A stretch of DNA of 64,000 bases from Mobula hypostoma (GCF_963921235.1 NC_086097.1:158970001-159034000), one strand, 5' to 3'; counted from the stretch's first letter, positions 1 through 13,633 are shown. Program-made: numbers and translations. Notes: generated by a model from the sequence alone, not told the origin.

Positions 1-95
1 GTAAACACCAGCTGTCCTGAATTCCAGGTTATCTTTGGACTGCATAAACTGGGATTTAGCTTCCTTATGGTTTTGGGGGTGGTATTAACCTGGTA

Positions 96-364
96 AAATC
101 GAGACGAGAAGACTGCAACTAGCGGGGCACTGTCTACGCCACCCCGAGCTACCTGCCAGCCTAGTCATCATATGGGAGCCCAAGCATGGGAGGATGAACC
201 CTGGGCGCTCTCCCAAGACTATGGTCAACATGCTCCTAGAAGACAGTGGCACGGGTAATGTAGATGAACTGAACACACTGATGAGGGAGAGAGAGAAGTG
301 GAGAGTCCGACATCGTGCCCGACGCTGGCCCCCTAGGCCTGAGTCGACGTAGTAGTAGTAGTAG
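96..364 (+). mobile_element. 5'-truncated RTE-clade LINE, 3' end
   Basis: Reads KIETRRLQLAGHCLRHPELPASLVIIWEPKHGRMNPGRSPKT...REKWR, typical of an RTE ORF C-terminus. It has a (TAG)n tail and a probable TSD taacctggta (86-95) / taatctggta (365-374). Confidence 0.85.
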
Positions 365-699
365 TAATCTGGTATTTCTTCAGGATTCTAGTAATCCTTT
401 CAGAAACCATGGAAATATCGAGAAGACGTATTTTTATAAAGTAAATGTTTTGACAGATGTTTTATAAGCTATGCATTATTATACACATTTTGTACTCCAC
501 ATTTGTAAAAAGTAAATTTTGTGCAAGGGAAATTGTTCATTGGCTTAAGATCAGTTCTTATCTTTCTTTCCTTTAAACTGAAAGGATTGAAGTTCAAATG
601 CCGTGAGAGACTTGAACAGAAAATGTCCATGCTCCAATCCATTACAATATTGATTTAGTGTTTGTACCTCTGCACTCTTCCACTGGCTGTCTTCAGAGA

Positions 700-950
700 T
701 ATCGGATTTGCCTCATCTGGGGATTCCTATCAATTCACATGTATCAGAGAATCAACAACATTATCTTTTCTTCACAGAGTTAGACCATTAGTTCTGGAGT
801 TCCCCAAGGATTCTTCCGTAGCCTCTTATTCTTTTTCATCATCAAGGGCCACCATGCAGATTTCAGCTGAACATGAAGCTTCTGGCTTTATGCACATGAT
901 AACTTAGTGCTCCACTTCACAACTGTGTTTTTACCAGTGTCTGGTTAGTT
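700..950 (+). mobile_element. Very old LINE (L2/CR1-like) RT remnant
   Basis: tctggagttccccaaggattct encodes the SGVPQGS RT motif; the rest is heavily decayed. Confidence 0.4.
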
Positions 951-989
951 GAAACAAAAAGTGATAAACAGGATTTACTTTGTGTGAGG

Positions 990-1390
990 AAGTTCATTAG
1001 GGAATTGCAACTAGGCAAGGAAATACACAATAAATGGAAAGGTATTGGGAGGAGTCAAAATAAAGAGGGACCTGGGTGTGTATGCCCACAGATCCTTAAG
1101 GTTAGGACAACAAAACAATAGGTTTGTGAAGGTGCAATAGAATTTAAAAACATGAAGATTATTTTTGAAATTCACACTTTAGTTAGCCCATAGTTCAATT
1201 ACAATGCATAGTTCTGGTCACCAGATTACAGGAAAGATGTGACTCTATTGTGGCTAGGACTGAACAGTTATAATTTTGAGGAAAATGTTAGGAAGGTAGA
1301 GTTACATTCTTTGGAACTAACAAGGTTAAGGGCATATCTAATTGAGGTGTTTTTAAATATAAGGGACCTTTGTTGGAGAAACTTACTTCA
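990..1390 (+). mobile_element. Degraded CR1 ORF2 3' fragment
   Basis: Similar to the RT C-terminal region of the better-preserved CR1s in this window (tacacaataaatggaaag, gttctggtcaccagattacaggaaagatgtg). Confidence 0.7.
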
Positions 1391-1424
1391 GATGCACCAC
1401 TAGACATTAGTTGGTTGGTTCGTT

Positions 1425-3670
1425 GTATGGTTTACTATTATTGTCACATATACAAGATACCGAAAAAAACTTAATTTATGTGCAACCCAGACACATCATG
1501 CTGTACATTACTATCGAAATAGTAGAAAGAAAACCAAATATAGAATATAATGTTATAGTTACAAAGAAAGTGCAGTACACAGATAAATAAAGTGCAGGGG
1601 CTGGAAGGTCAAAAGTACATCCTTCAATGTATAAGAAGCCCATTCAAAAGTCGAATAACAGTGGGATAGAAGCAGTAGCAGTATTTGAAATTGATGATTT
1701 GTGCTTTCAGGCTTTTGTATCTTCTGCCCAACAGGAGAGGTAAGAAGAGAGATTGAATGAGGTGGGAGAGTCACTGTTTTACCGAGGTAGCAGGAAGTGT
1801 CAACAGAGTCAGTGGAGGGGAGTTTGGTTTGCATGACATGCAAAAGAGATGGGGGAGATTTTGAACAATTTCTTCAGTATTCACTTAGAAGAGAAACATT
1901 GAATTGTGTAAGGTAAGGGAAACAAGTAGGGCAGTTATGGAAACTATGATGATTAAAGAAGAGGAAGTGCTGGCGCTTTTAAGGAATATAAAAGTGGATA
2001 AGTCTCCGGGTCCTGACAGGATACTCCCTAGGACCTTGAGGGAAGTTAGTGTGGAAATAGCAGGGCCTCTGACAGAAATAATTCAAATGTCATTAGAAAC
2101 GGGGATGGTGCCAGAGGATTGGCGTATTGCTCGTGTTGCTCCATTGTTAAAAAAGGGTTCTAAGAGTAAACCTAGCAGTCATCGGCCTGTGAGTTTGACA
2201 TCAGTGGTGGGTAAACTGATGGAAAGTATTCTTAGAGATGGTATATGTAATTATCTGGATAGACAGGGTCTGATTAGGAACAGTCAACATGGATTTGTGC
2301 GTGGAAGGTCATGTTTGACAGATCTTATTGAATTTTTTGAAGAGGTTACTAGGAAAGTTGATGAGGGTAAAGCAGTCGATGTTGTCTATATGGACTTCAG
2401 TAAGGCCTTTGACAAGGTTCCACATGGAAGGTTAGTTAGGAAGATTTAATTGTTAGGTATTAATATTGAAGTAGTAAAATGGATTCAGCAGTGGCTGGAT
2501 GGGAGACGCCAGAGAGTGGTGGGGGATAACTGTTTGTCAAGTTGAAGGCCGGTTTCTAGTGGTGTGCCTCAGGGATCTGTACTGGGTCTGATGTTGTTTG
2601 TCATATATTAATGATCTGGATGATGGGGTGGTAAATTGGATTAGTAAGTATGCAGATGATACTAAGATAGGTGGAGTTGTGGATAATGAAGTAGGTTTTC
2701 AAAGCTTGCAGAGAGATTTAGGCCAGTTAGAAGAATGGGCTGAAAGATGGCAGATGGAGTTTAATGCTGAAAAATGTGAGGTGCTACATTTTGGTAGGAC
2801 TAATCAAAATAGTACATACATGGTAAATGGTAGGGCATTGAAGAATGCAGTAGAACAGAGGGATCTAGGAATAATGGTGCATAATTCCCAGAAGGTGGAA
2901 TCTCATGTGGATAGGGTGGTGAAGAAAGCTTTTGGTATGCTGGCCTTTATAAATCAGAGCATTGAGTATAGGAGTTGGGATGTAATGTTGAAATTGTACA
3001 AGGCATTGGTAAGGCCAAATTTGGAGTATTGCGTACAGTTCTGGTCACCGAATTATAGGAAAGATGTCAACAAAATTGAGAGTACAGAGAAGATTTACAA
3101 GAATGTTACCTGGGTTTCATCTTCTAAGTTACAGAGAAAGGTTGAACAAGTTGGGTCTTTATTCTTTGGAGCGTAGAAGGTTGAGGGGGGACTTGATAGA
3201 GGTATTTAAAATTATGAGGGGGATTGATAGAGTTGACATGGATAGGCTTTTTCCATTGAGAGTGGGGGAGATTCAAACAAGAGGACATGAGTTGAGAGTT
3301 AAAAGGCAAAAGTTTAGGGGTAACATGAGGGGGAACTTCTTTACTCAGAGAGTGGTGGCTGTGTGGAACGAGCTTCCAGCAGAAGTGGTTGAGGCAGATT
3401 CGATCTTGTCATTTAAAGTTAAATTGGATAGCTATATGGACAGGAAAGGAATGGAGGGTTATGGGCTGAGTGCAGGTCGGTGTGACTAGGTAAGAGTAAG
3501 AGTTTCATCATGGACTAGAAGGGCCGAGATCAGCTGTTTCTGTGCTATAACTGTTATATGGTTATATGATAGACTGAACTGTGTTCACAACTCTCTGCAA
3601 CTGTTGTAGCCTTGGGCAGAGCAGTTGCCACATTACATCCAGATACAATGCTTTCATCAGACATATAGCT
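1425..3670 (-). mobile_element. Rex1/Babar-like LINE 3' fragment, split by the CR1 at 1843-3565 (pieces about 1425-1840 and 3565-3670)
   Basis: Its reverse complement matches the Rex-type 3' end at 24500-25110. The sequence resumes colinearly (gactgaactgtgttcacaactctctgc...gagcagttgcca) after the CR1 tail. Confidence 0.7.
1843..3565 (+). mobile_element. CR1 LINE, 5'-truncated, disrupted ORF2 reverse transcriptase
   Basis: ORFs 1904-2449, 2598-3176 and 3064-3489 carry KSPGPD, RPVSLTS, QHGF, DFSKAFDKVPH, KYADDTK and RRRLRGDLIEVFK; tail is ttatatggttatatg. Confidence 0.95.
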
Positions 3671-6600
3671 GGTTTTCCTTACATTTTTTATTTTCTGAGT
3701 AAACGCTTCCTTGGCAACAAAAAAGGAAGAACCCCATTTCCTCAAAGGGGGCCAGTCTATCTTGGGTTTTGGCGAGATAGATCTGCAGAGTATTTTGTTG
3801 GCATACACTTAGTTCAGTATGTGTTGTGGAAAGGAGGTGGAAAAAAGTCTGCCTGACAGTCATAGTGATATCATTATAGTCTGCAAAGAATTTAGTGACC
3901 GCTTAATGGGATTTGAGGAAAGTTTTACAAAGAAGTAAAGGGTGGTATCAGATGCCAGAGATGATGCATGACTCTTATATAAAGTGAAGAACATATTTCA
4001 TAAGCAAGGTGCCCTTTTAAGTAAGCCAAAGATAAATGTCACTTGTTTGTGTATTTATAAAGCCAGCAGAATAATGTGTATATAAAAAGTTAATGTAATA
4101 AGAATGAGAAAGATTGATGGAATTATGATTCATTCATTTGAGCTGCTTACCAAAGGGCCACAAACATTAAAAATCTAACTCCAGGTTATGTTGTTGCATC
4201 CTTCCCCAAAAATACACATCCAGACATATCTATTTTTATTCGCCATCAAGTCACAATTCGAGCAGATTGTTAAAAGAGAGTAAGTGATTTGCTGCTGATT
4301 AAAGTCGCTCTAGCATAACAGCAACTATCGCAAACAAGATTCCAAATCATCTTCGGCATGTGGAGAATATGTAATTTGGACCTGGGAATTAAATGTATTC
4401 TTCATTCTCTTTTCTTTGTATTTTTTTCCCTTTTCTTCTGAAGGTGGTAACTCATTTCAATGTACTTTTCCACAGATACTATTATTTTCCTTCAATGCTC
4501 TCAAGCAATAAATCTACAAGTGGTCCCTTGAATGTGAACATTGGCAAGATATTCACTCATTGTATCCAGTCTTATTCTCACCTGATATGCCTAGCAGTTG
4601 TGACATTGGATGACAATCAAAGCTTATATTTCTCTCCTTCTAAGTGCAGTATAATATTTTGTTGCTGATTTACTCTATTTCATAGTGTGCAGCAGTCTTT
4701 TGACCCTTGCATGTAAACAGAAGATTCACTGTTACTCTACTAAGTCAAAGAAAATTTTATGATTAAAGTAGAAATAGGTTACCAAGTACTACCTTGAGAT
4801 TCATTGTCTTGCAGATAACTACAGAAAAATTAAGGAATCCAATAGAATTTACAAAAATGTGAAAAAGAAGACAAACTGTGCCAATAAGGGCTGAATTGTG
4901 GTTTGCAATTGTTTTTATTGAAAAATAAGTTAGAAATGGTAATGAGAGATTTCTGAGTGTAGCCTGATAATGCTGAAGGAAGTAATTTGACTCAAGTTTT
5001 TGTTGCATTTCTCTATGTGCTGTCCTATAAGAACATAAGATATAGGAGCAGGAGTAGGCCATCTGGTCCATCGAGCCTGCTGCACTTGATGGCTCATGGT
5101 CATGGCTGATCTGGCATCTCCGTCTACCTGCCTTTTCCCCATAACCCTTAATTCCCTTACTATGCAAACATAGATCCAACCTTGTCTTAAATATATTTAC
5201 TGAGGTAGCACCACTGCTTCATTGGGCAGAGAATTCCACAGATTCACCTCTCTCTGGGGAAAGCAGCTCCTCCTCATCATCTCCATCCTAAATCTCCTCC
5301 CCTAAATCTTGAGGATCTGTCCCCTAGTTCTAGCCTCACCTAACAATGGAAGCAACTTTCCTGCCTCTACCTTATCTATCCCTTTCATAATTTTATATGT
5401 TTCTATAAGATCTCCTCTCATTCTTCTGAATTCCAGCAAGTACAGTCCCAGGCGAGTCAATCTCTCCTCTTAGTCTAACCCCCTCATCTCTGGAATCAAC
5501 CTGGTGAACCTCCTCTGCACCACCTCCAATGCCAGTATATCCTTCCTTTGGTAAGGAGACCAGAACTGCAGACAGTACTCCAGGTGCAGCCTCACCGGTA
5601 CCCTGTACAGTTGCTGCATAACCTCCTTATTCTTAAATTCAATCCCTCTAGCAATGAAGGCCAACGTTCCATTTGCCTTCTTAATAACCTGTTGTACCTG
5701 CAATCCAACCTTTTGTGATTCATGCACAAGCACTCCCAAGTCCTTCTGCACAGCAGCATGCTGCAATTTTTTACCATTTAGGTAATAATCTGCTCTTTCA
5801 TTTTTCCTTCCAAAGTGGTTGACCTCACATTTACCAACATTGTACTCCATCTGCCAGACCCTTGCCCATTCACTTCACCTATCTATATCTCTCTGCAGAC
5901 TCTCCGTATCTTCTGCACAATTTGCTATTCCACTCAATTTAGTGTCATCAGCAAACTTAGATACACTACACTCTGTCCCCTGTTCCAGATCATTAATGTA
6001 TATCGTGAACAGTTGTGTGCCCAGCACCAACCCCTGCGACACACCATTCACCACTGATTGCCAACCAGAGTAACACCCATGTATTCCAACTCTCTGCTTT
6101 CTATTAGCTAACCAATCCTCTATCCATGCTAATACATCACCCCCAACTCTATGCATTCTTATCTTATGGTTAAGTCTTTTACGTGGCACCTTATCAAACG
6201 CCTTCTGGAAATCCAAGTAAATAACATCCACCGATTCCCCTCTATCCACTGCACTCATTATATCCTCAAAGAACTCCAGTAACTTTGTCAAACAGGATTG
6301 CCTTTGCTGAATCCATGCTGTGTCTGCCTGATGGATCCATTACTTTCTGGATGCCTCACTATTTCTTCTTTAACGATTGCTTCAAGCATTTTCCCAACTA
6401 CAAATGTTAAACTTTATAGTTACCTGCCTTTTGCCTACGTCCTTTTTTGAATAGTGGCGTGACATTTGCTGTTTTCCAATCCGCTGGAACCTGACCAGAG
6501 TCCAGAGAATTTTGGTAAATTATCAACAAAGCCTCTACTATAACTTCTTCCATTTTTTTCAGTACCCTGGGATGCATTTTTTCAGGACCAGGGGACTTAT

Positions 6601-8241
6601 TTATCTTCAGGCCCACAAGTTTGCTCAGCAGTACCTCTTTAGTGACAGCTATTGTATGGAGGTCCTCGCCTCCCATTGCATCCATATCTCTCTTTGGCAT
6701 GTTAGACGTGTCCTCCACCGTGAAGACCGACACAAAATAGTCACTCAAAGCCTCTGCCATTTCCTCATTACCCAATATCAATTCCCCCATCTTGTCCTTC
6801 AAGGGACCTATGTTCACTTTAGCCACCCTTTTCCACTTCATATAATTATGAAAACTTTTATTATCCATTTTTATAATTTGTACTTGCTTATTTTCATAAT
6901 CTATCTTCCCTTTCTTTATTGCTCACTTCGTGGTACTTTGTTGCTATTTAAAGTTTTCCCAATCTTCCATTTTCCCACTATTCTTGGCGACTTTGTGTGC
7001 ATGAGCATTTAGTTTGATGTCTTTTTTTTATTTCTTTAGTTATCCAAGGCTGGCTCTTCCCACCCTTACTGTCCTTGCTTTTAACTAGAATATACTACTG
7101 TTGAGCACCATGAAAAATCTCTTTGAAAGTCTTCAACTGTCCCACCATATAGCCTGTGTTCCCAGTCTACACTAGCCAAATCTTCTCATCCCATTGTAGT
7201 CTCTATTATACACTGGTTCTGGATTGAACTATTGCATCCTCAATTTGTATGAGAAACTCAGTCATACTGTGATCATTCTTTCCAAGAGGATCCCTAACTA
7301 CAAGATCACTAATTTTACCTGTCTCATTGCACAGGACTAGATCTAGGATAGCATGTTCCCTTGTAGGTTCAGTAACATGCTGTTCAAGAAAGACATCACA
7401 CGTACACACTATGAAGTCCTCCTCAAGACTGCCTCGACCAACTTGAATCACCCAATCTATGTGCAAGTTAAAGTCTTCCATGCTGTTTCATTCTTACATG
7501 CCTTAGACATTTCTCTGTTCATTGCCTGTGCCACTATAAAGTTATTATTTGGTGGCCAATCGACAACTCCCACCGGTGATTTTTTTCCCTTTACTATTCC
7601 TAATCTCTCCCCAGATGGATTCAGCATTCTGTTCCTTAGATCTTATATCATCTCTCACTATCACCCTGATCTCATCTTTAATTAAGAACGCTACCCCACC
7701 TCCCTTACCTTCCTGCCTATCCCTACGTATTACCTGATATCCTTGAATATTTAATTCCCAATCCTCTTCACCCTACAATCACGTCTCTGTAATGGCCACC
7801 AATTCATACCCCTTTGTACTGATTTGTGCCACAAGTTCACTGACCTTATTTTGAATACTACAGGCACTCAGATAAAGTACTCTTACACTCCTTGTGCCTT
7901 TAAAATCTTGTAATCTTGTACTTTTTTGCACTTGACTTTTCTTCCGTCCACTCTTACTTTCCTCTTTTTTATCTTCTGCTTTTTCTTCATCCTTTCCCAC
8001 ACTTTTCTTTTTTACTTTATCCATACTCCTCCAATCTGTTGAACCCACTTCTCTACTACTTGGTTTAAAGCCGTAGTTATGTGATTCGCCAGGATCCAGG
8101 TCCCATCACAGTTCAGGTGGAGCCTGTCCCATTGGTACAGCTCCTTCCTTCCACAATACTGGTGCCAATTTCCCATGAATTCAAACCCACTTCTCCCACA
8201 TCAATCCTTGAGCCATGCAGTTAACTCTTCTTGACCCTATG

Positions 8242-8987
8242 CTAATTTACACATGGCTCAGGTAGTAACCCAGAGATAACCACCTTTTTGGTTCTGCTTT
8301 TTAATTTAGAACCTAACTGCTCAAATTTCCTCAGCAGACCCTCTTTCCTCATTCTACCTATATTGTTGGTACCCACATAGATCACAACAACTGGATCTTT
8401 CCCCTCCCACTGCAAATCAGATAAGATGTCCCAAAACTGGGCATTAGGCAGGCAACACAGCCTTTGGGATGATCTTTCCTTGCAACAGAGAGTTCTGTCT
8501 ATTCCCCTAACTATACTATCCCCAATTACCACTACATTTCTCTTCTCTGCCCCCTCTTGAATGGCTCCTGAGCCACGGTGCCACAGTTAGGTTCCTCATC
8601 CTACCTACAGCCCTCACTCTCATCCACAAGGTGAGCAAGAATCTCAGACCTGTTGGACAAGCTCAAGGGCTGAGGCTCCTCCAGCAGTGTCTCTTGGATC
8701 CCACTACCTGCCTCATTCACAGTCATACCCTCTTGTCCCTGAGCACAGTACGAATTTGAGGCAGCTAATCTAATAGGTGTGACTGCCTCCTGAAACAGAG
8801 AGTCCAGGTAACTCTCTCCCTCCCTGATGTGCCGCAGTGTTTGAAGCTCAGATTCCAGGACATCAACTTTGAGCCTGAGTTCCTCAATCAGCCAACACTT
8901 GCTGCAGATGTGGTCACCAGGAACCACAATGGGGTCCACCAGCTCCCACATCATGCAGCTACAGCACATCACCTGATCCTGCATCAT
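8242..8987 (-). pseudogene. CR1 ORF1 (zinc finger-leucine zipper plus SGNH/GDSL esterase), disrupted
   Basis: Contains MMQDQVMCCSCMMWE...HICSKC...ELRLKVDVLESELQTLR and VIGDSIVRG...VVIYVGTNNIG, the known esterase-type CR1 ORF1 architecture. Confidence 0.9.
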
Positions 8988-9184
8988 CCCTACTTTATTT
9001 AATTAGCTATAATTTAGTGACTTTTTATTTAACCACTACAAAAGCCTTACGTGATACTTACCTGTGCCTCCTTGCCGAAGCCTCGTGAGCCAAGGCCTCA
9101 AGTTCCCACTCCTACACTGCTCCACTCACACAATGGCTGCTCTGCTTTGATACTGCTTTGCTTTTACTTTCTCCTGCTAATGAA

Positions 9185-9598
9185 TTGTGAATCAATTGGT
9201 CTACCGCTAATACACCAAGCCCCAAAAAATGCTCTTTTTTTAAACTCTTCTTCCCAACCTGTGCGAAGCTCACTCTCTCTGCGAATCAATTGGTCCACCA
9301 CTAATGCGCCAAGCCCCGTGAAACGCTCCTTTTTTAAAGCCTTCTCCCTGACCTCTATGAAGCTCTCTCCCTCTCTCTCTCTGCAAATCGATTGGTCTGA
9401 CACTAATGCAACGAGCCCCTTGAAATACTCCTTTTTTAAAATCTGCTCCCGAACCTGGCAAAGTTATCTCTGTGAATTGATTGGTCCACCACTAATGCAC
9501 CAAGTCCCGTGAAATGCTCCTTTTTTAAACTCTTCTCCCCAACCTGTGTGAAGCTCTCTCTCTCTGTCTGCAAATCAACTGCCCTGCCGCTAATGCCA
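9185..9598 (-). repeat. Tandem ~95-bp monomers (4 complete plus 1 partial) at the CR1 5' end
   Basis: The anchor at(c/t)(a/g)attggtc recurs at 9191, 9285, 9387, 9476 and, degenerate, at 9574. Each full unit has ctaat..., a ctc(c)ttttttaaa block and a CT run. Confidence 0.9.
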
Positions 9599-11748
9599 CT
9601 ATATTCACTTTATTTGTAACCTTGCAATTCTTTTAAAAGCTTGTCCAATCACATTAGTCATGATTGATCGAATCTATTGCCACCTCCCTTTCAAATGAAG
9701 CCTCCTCTAGGATGTTAACTTGATGCAGGAATAAATTTAATCTACAAAAAAAAGAGGGTTGGTGTTCAGGATAGGCTGGTTCCACTAAATACTCGATCCA
9801 TTCTTGTCAAATGAGGCAGCAATTATTTTTGTCAAGTGAGGCAGCAAATAATGTGGATATATTGTTTAGAAATAACTTTGAGGAAGATAAGTGTATGGGA
9901 GTTGATATGAATGCAAAGCTTTCCCCAAAATAAATAAGATTCATTTTGTTGTTTTTTAATATGATTTTCACATCTCTGCCTCCATCAAGGTTAAAATCAG
10001 CCGCACAATTTTCCTGAACAAAACTATATTGCCCATCCTCTTCCATTCATATTCATCTCTGTTTTCCCCACACAAGTGAATTTTTATACTTACTGGGGAT
10101 TTGCAGATAACCAACAGGAGTACAATGGTGGGCCATCAAGAGAAACCTAGCTGACATTTACTATGTGTGACTGAGATTCCAATTGTGAAGTGGTAAAGGT
10201 GGAATGTGTTGGCACACAGACAGGTGTCTGGTTGCTATGTGGAGAGATAAGGTGCCAGAACAGCTGACGGTCTCTGTTAGGCTGAGATATTGTTGCTCAG
10301 TGTAGTTGCATTAAGTGTGGACAAATCAGCACAAAAGATTGTAGAATTTCAAGTAAATGTCTGTTTTTTGCAAATTGCATAATGTTGCTGCTGGTTTACA
10401 GAGCCTCAGGGCGAAAACTTGCCCAAGTTTCAAATATTCTTAAGCCCACATTGTGAATTCACACATGCGGCAGTTCACAGCATCATATGCGTTTATGCAC
10501 TGTATGTTATATTAATACATTGAAATATGATTTAGAGACATAGTCATACTGATTGTTTATTTCAGGATAATTACATACTCGCAGCAGTTTTCATGTTGAC
10601 CTTTAATGATTGATTGGCACAGGAGAACTTTTTATATTCGTGCACAGAATTTAAACGTCATGACCCAATCTCAAGTTTTTCTTGACAATGAGAAGCTGCC
10701 ATTGTGAACAGTTCTCCTGGTGAAGATACTACCACAGTGCTGTTAGGGAAAAAGTTCTAGGATTTAGATCCAGTAATAATAATAAGGCATAGGTGATATA
10801 TTTCAATGTCACTGTGTGCCAAGAGGATTTGTGAAGAATTCTTGTGTGTGCTGTGTTTGTTATGATTGAGGTTGAAGGCTTTGTACCTAGTATTGAATAA
10901 GTTTTGGTTACTTGTTGCAGTGCAGTTTGACACTAAATTACCAGAGTATTGATGAATCGGTATTTATCTAAGCAGGTTGGCAGTAGTTCATTACAGTCCT
11001 AATAGTATCTTTATGATGCAAGTGTTTAGAAACTATCAAGGTACTCACAACATCAGACTTGCTACTGTTCATCCATTTACAAAGCACGTGTAAGAACTAT
11101 AATGGAATACTCACACTACCTAAGTTTCTGATCAAGGGAGACCCCAGTATGTGAATGGTGGCTGATTCCAAAATGGTGGCACCACCTAGTTGCAAGATAG
11201 TTAATTAACCATTTCAAGAAGTAGTGGTGGCCTGGATTTTTTTGTGATATGAAAGCTTAATTATTTTTGTGAGCCATTTACTTACTGGGTGTAGGCCAAG
11301 CACTGCTTCAGTACATGAGGAGTTGCAAATGGAACAGAACATTACGCAGCCATTTCCTCCTCTGAGTTTACGAAGAAGCTAAGATCTTTGATGAAGCATC
11401 TCAGGGTGGTTGGCCCTTGCAGTAAGGGCATCTCGCAACAGCCCTTGACCATTAACTTTGTGTCCTGTCTAGCCACAGGTAAATCCCCAGAGGACTGGTG
11501 AGTGGCTAATGTTGTACCTCTGATTAAGAAGGGAATAAGAGAAAATCTTGGGAACTATAGAAGGTGAGTGTCTCGTTAGTTGTAGGAAAATTGCTGGAGA
11601 ACATTCTTAGGGAGAGGATGTATGAGCATTTGGAAACCCATGGCCTAAAAAGGGAAACCCAGCGTGGCTTTGTGTTTGGCAGGTCATGCCTTACTAGCTT
11701 GCTTGAGTTTTTTGACAAGGTAGTGAGAGAGATTGATGAAGATGTTGT

Positions 11749-12622
11749 TGTTATGTACCCCGTAACTGGGTTGCCAAACCAGCAGAAATGGATCACTCAG
11801 TTGGAGTCTGGATTACTAGAACTAAGAAAGTTTTATTAAAGAAACAAGCAACACAGTACTCTAATCAAAAGGATAATAAATGCAACAGTTCAGCAATGAT
11901 AAACACACATGTACACAGAATTAGGATAACAGGATCAATCAAGCTCTATCGTTGTCTAGGGGTAAATGACCAGTTTCAAAGTGACGCAAAGTTCAGTTCA
12001 ATTTAGTTCAGTTCAGTTCGCAGACAGTGGGGGGAAGGAGAGAGAGAGAGCAAAACGAATGAATATTCAAACGGCTTCCACACACAGACCTTCGCAGTCA
12101 GCTTTCGTGCAAGCCCTTTGTGATGTCATCTGAGGTCACTGACCGTGACCCCTCCGTTTCCAGATACGATCGTTTCTCTGCAGTGAACCCGGCACCCAGG
12201 CAAGGGTGGACACACACCAGGTTCCCGCCAATCGTGCCTTTCCACCCTGTGCGTCTATGGCTTGTCCCGCGACCAGCCGTCCAAAACTTCCCGCCGATTT
12301 GTGAGAGACACACCACTTCCAGGGTCTCGTTACCTCGGGGTGTCGTGTGTGTGTTGCCTTAGCGAACCTGTCCCTTTTTATCCCCCTGCTGGGGTATCGC
12401 CTGTCCATCACTTCAAACAGTTCAGGGTTCAAAGGGGGAGCCGATCTTGACAGCTCTCCTTCCATTACTCTCTCCCGTCCCTTCATTAACATTTCCAAAT
12501 GCTGCTCCATTGTTTTCCTTATCTCTCTCTCTCTCCTGAAGACAGGTGGCAGACCAACTGCTGATCCCACTGGTGCCAGCACAGGACAGCTAACATCTTA
12601 ATCTATGTGTATTCTCGTCACA
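11749..12622 (-). mobile_element. Solo LTR (family A; Gypsy- or ERV1-type)
   Basis: TG...CA termini with 4-bp TSD TTGT (11745-11748 / 12623-12626). It is a reverse-complement homolog of 33333-34201 and splits a CR1 DVVY motif cleanly. Confidence 0.92.
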
Positions 12623-13633
12623 TTGTCTACATGATTTTAGTAAGGTGCTTGACAAAGTCCCTCATGGGAGACTGATCCAGAAGGTTAAGATGTATGGGGT
12701 CCACAGTGAATTTGCTGGTTGGAATTAGAACAGGCTTACACTTAGAAGACAGATAGTGGTTGAAGGGACTTAGTCAAGCTGGAATTCTGGAGATCTGTAA
12801 TTAGTGGAGTTCCGCAGGGATCTGTGCCAGGACCCTGCTGTTTGTAGTGTGCATAAATGACCTAAATGAAAATATGGATGTGTCGGTTAGTAATTCTGCA
12901 GATGATCCCAAGATTGGTGGAGTTGTGGATAGTGTAGAAGACTGGCAAAGAATACAGCACAATATCAGTTTCAAATATGGGCTGAGAAATGGCAGATGGA
13001 GTTTAATCCAGATTAATGTGAAGTGTTGCACATTGGTAGGGCAATGCAAGGAGACAGTACCCATTTAAGGGCAAGATCCTTAACAATGTTGTTGAGCAGA
13101 GAGATCTTAGGATGCAAGTTCGTAGTTCTTTGAAAGTAGCTACACAGTTTATTAAGGTGGTTAAGAAGCCTTATGGAATGCTTGCTTTTATTAGTCGAGG
13201 CATTGAGTTCAAAAGTCAGGAGGTTATGTTGCAACTTTATAAAACCGTTTAGGCCATATTTAGGATATTACATACAGTTCTGGTCACCACTGTAGGAAGG
13301 TTGTTGAGGCTTTGGAGAGGATGCAGAAGAGGTTCACCAGGATGCTGCCTTGTCTAGAGGGCTATGCTATCACGAGAGGCTGGATAAACTTGGGTTGCTT
13401 CCTCTAGAGCGTCAGGGGCTGAGTGGATATCAGATAGAGGTTTACAAGACTATTGCAGGCATAGATAGAGTGGGCAGAGAGTATCTATTTCACAGGGTTG
13501 AAGTGTCTAATACCACAGGGCATTCTTTCAAGGTGGGAGGGGGTAGGTTCAAGGAGGACGTGAAGGGTAGGTGGGTAGGTTATTTATTCAGAGAGTGGTG
13601 GATGCCTGGAATGCACTGCCTGGTATGATAGTA

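Larger units (their letters stand above)
5027..9600 (-). mobile_element. Full-length but disrupted CR1 LINE (5'UTR, ORF1, ORF2 APE endonuclease plus RT, 3' tail)
   Basis: ORF1 pieces: CCSC..ICSKC zinc finger/leucine zipper (8601-8987) and VIGDSIVRG esterase (8242-8532). ORF2 pieces: EN (VLYLSACSIQNK, VAITET, DFN, LDLVL) and RT (DFQKAFDKVP, KFADDTK). The 3' tail lies near 5027. Confidence 0.95.

Noticed and set aside
8242..8532. Host SGNH hydrolase gene
   Set aside because: It is the disrupted esterase domain of CR1 ORF1, colinear with ORF2.
9185..9598. CRISPR-like array
   Set aside because: Whole ~95-bp units are homologous with no unique spacers, there are no cas genes, and the context is a eukaryotic LINE 5' end.
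12098..12601. ORFs within LTRs, and other short or antisense ORFs in the track
   Set aside because: They have no recognisable domains, are not maintained between the two LTR copies, and many are antisense shadows of LINE ORFs.
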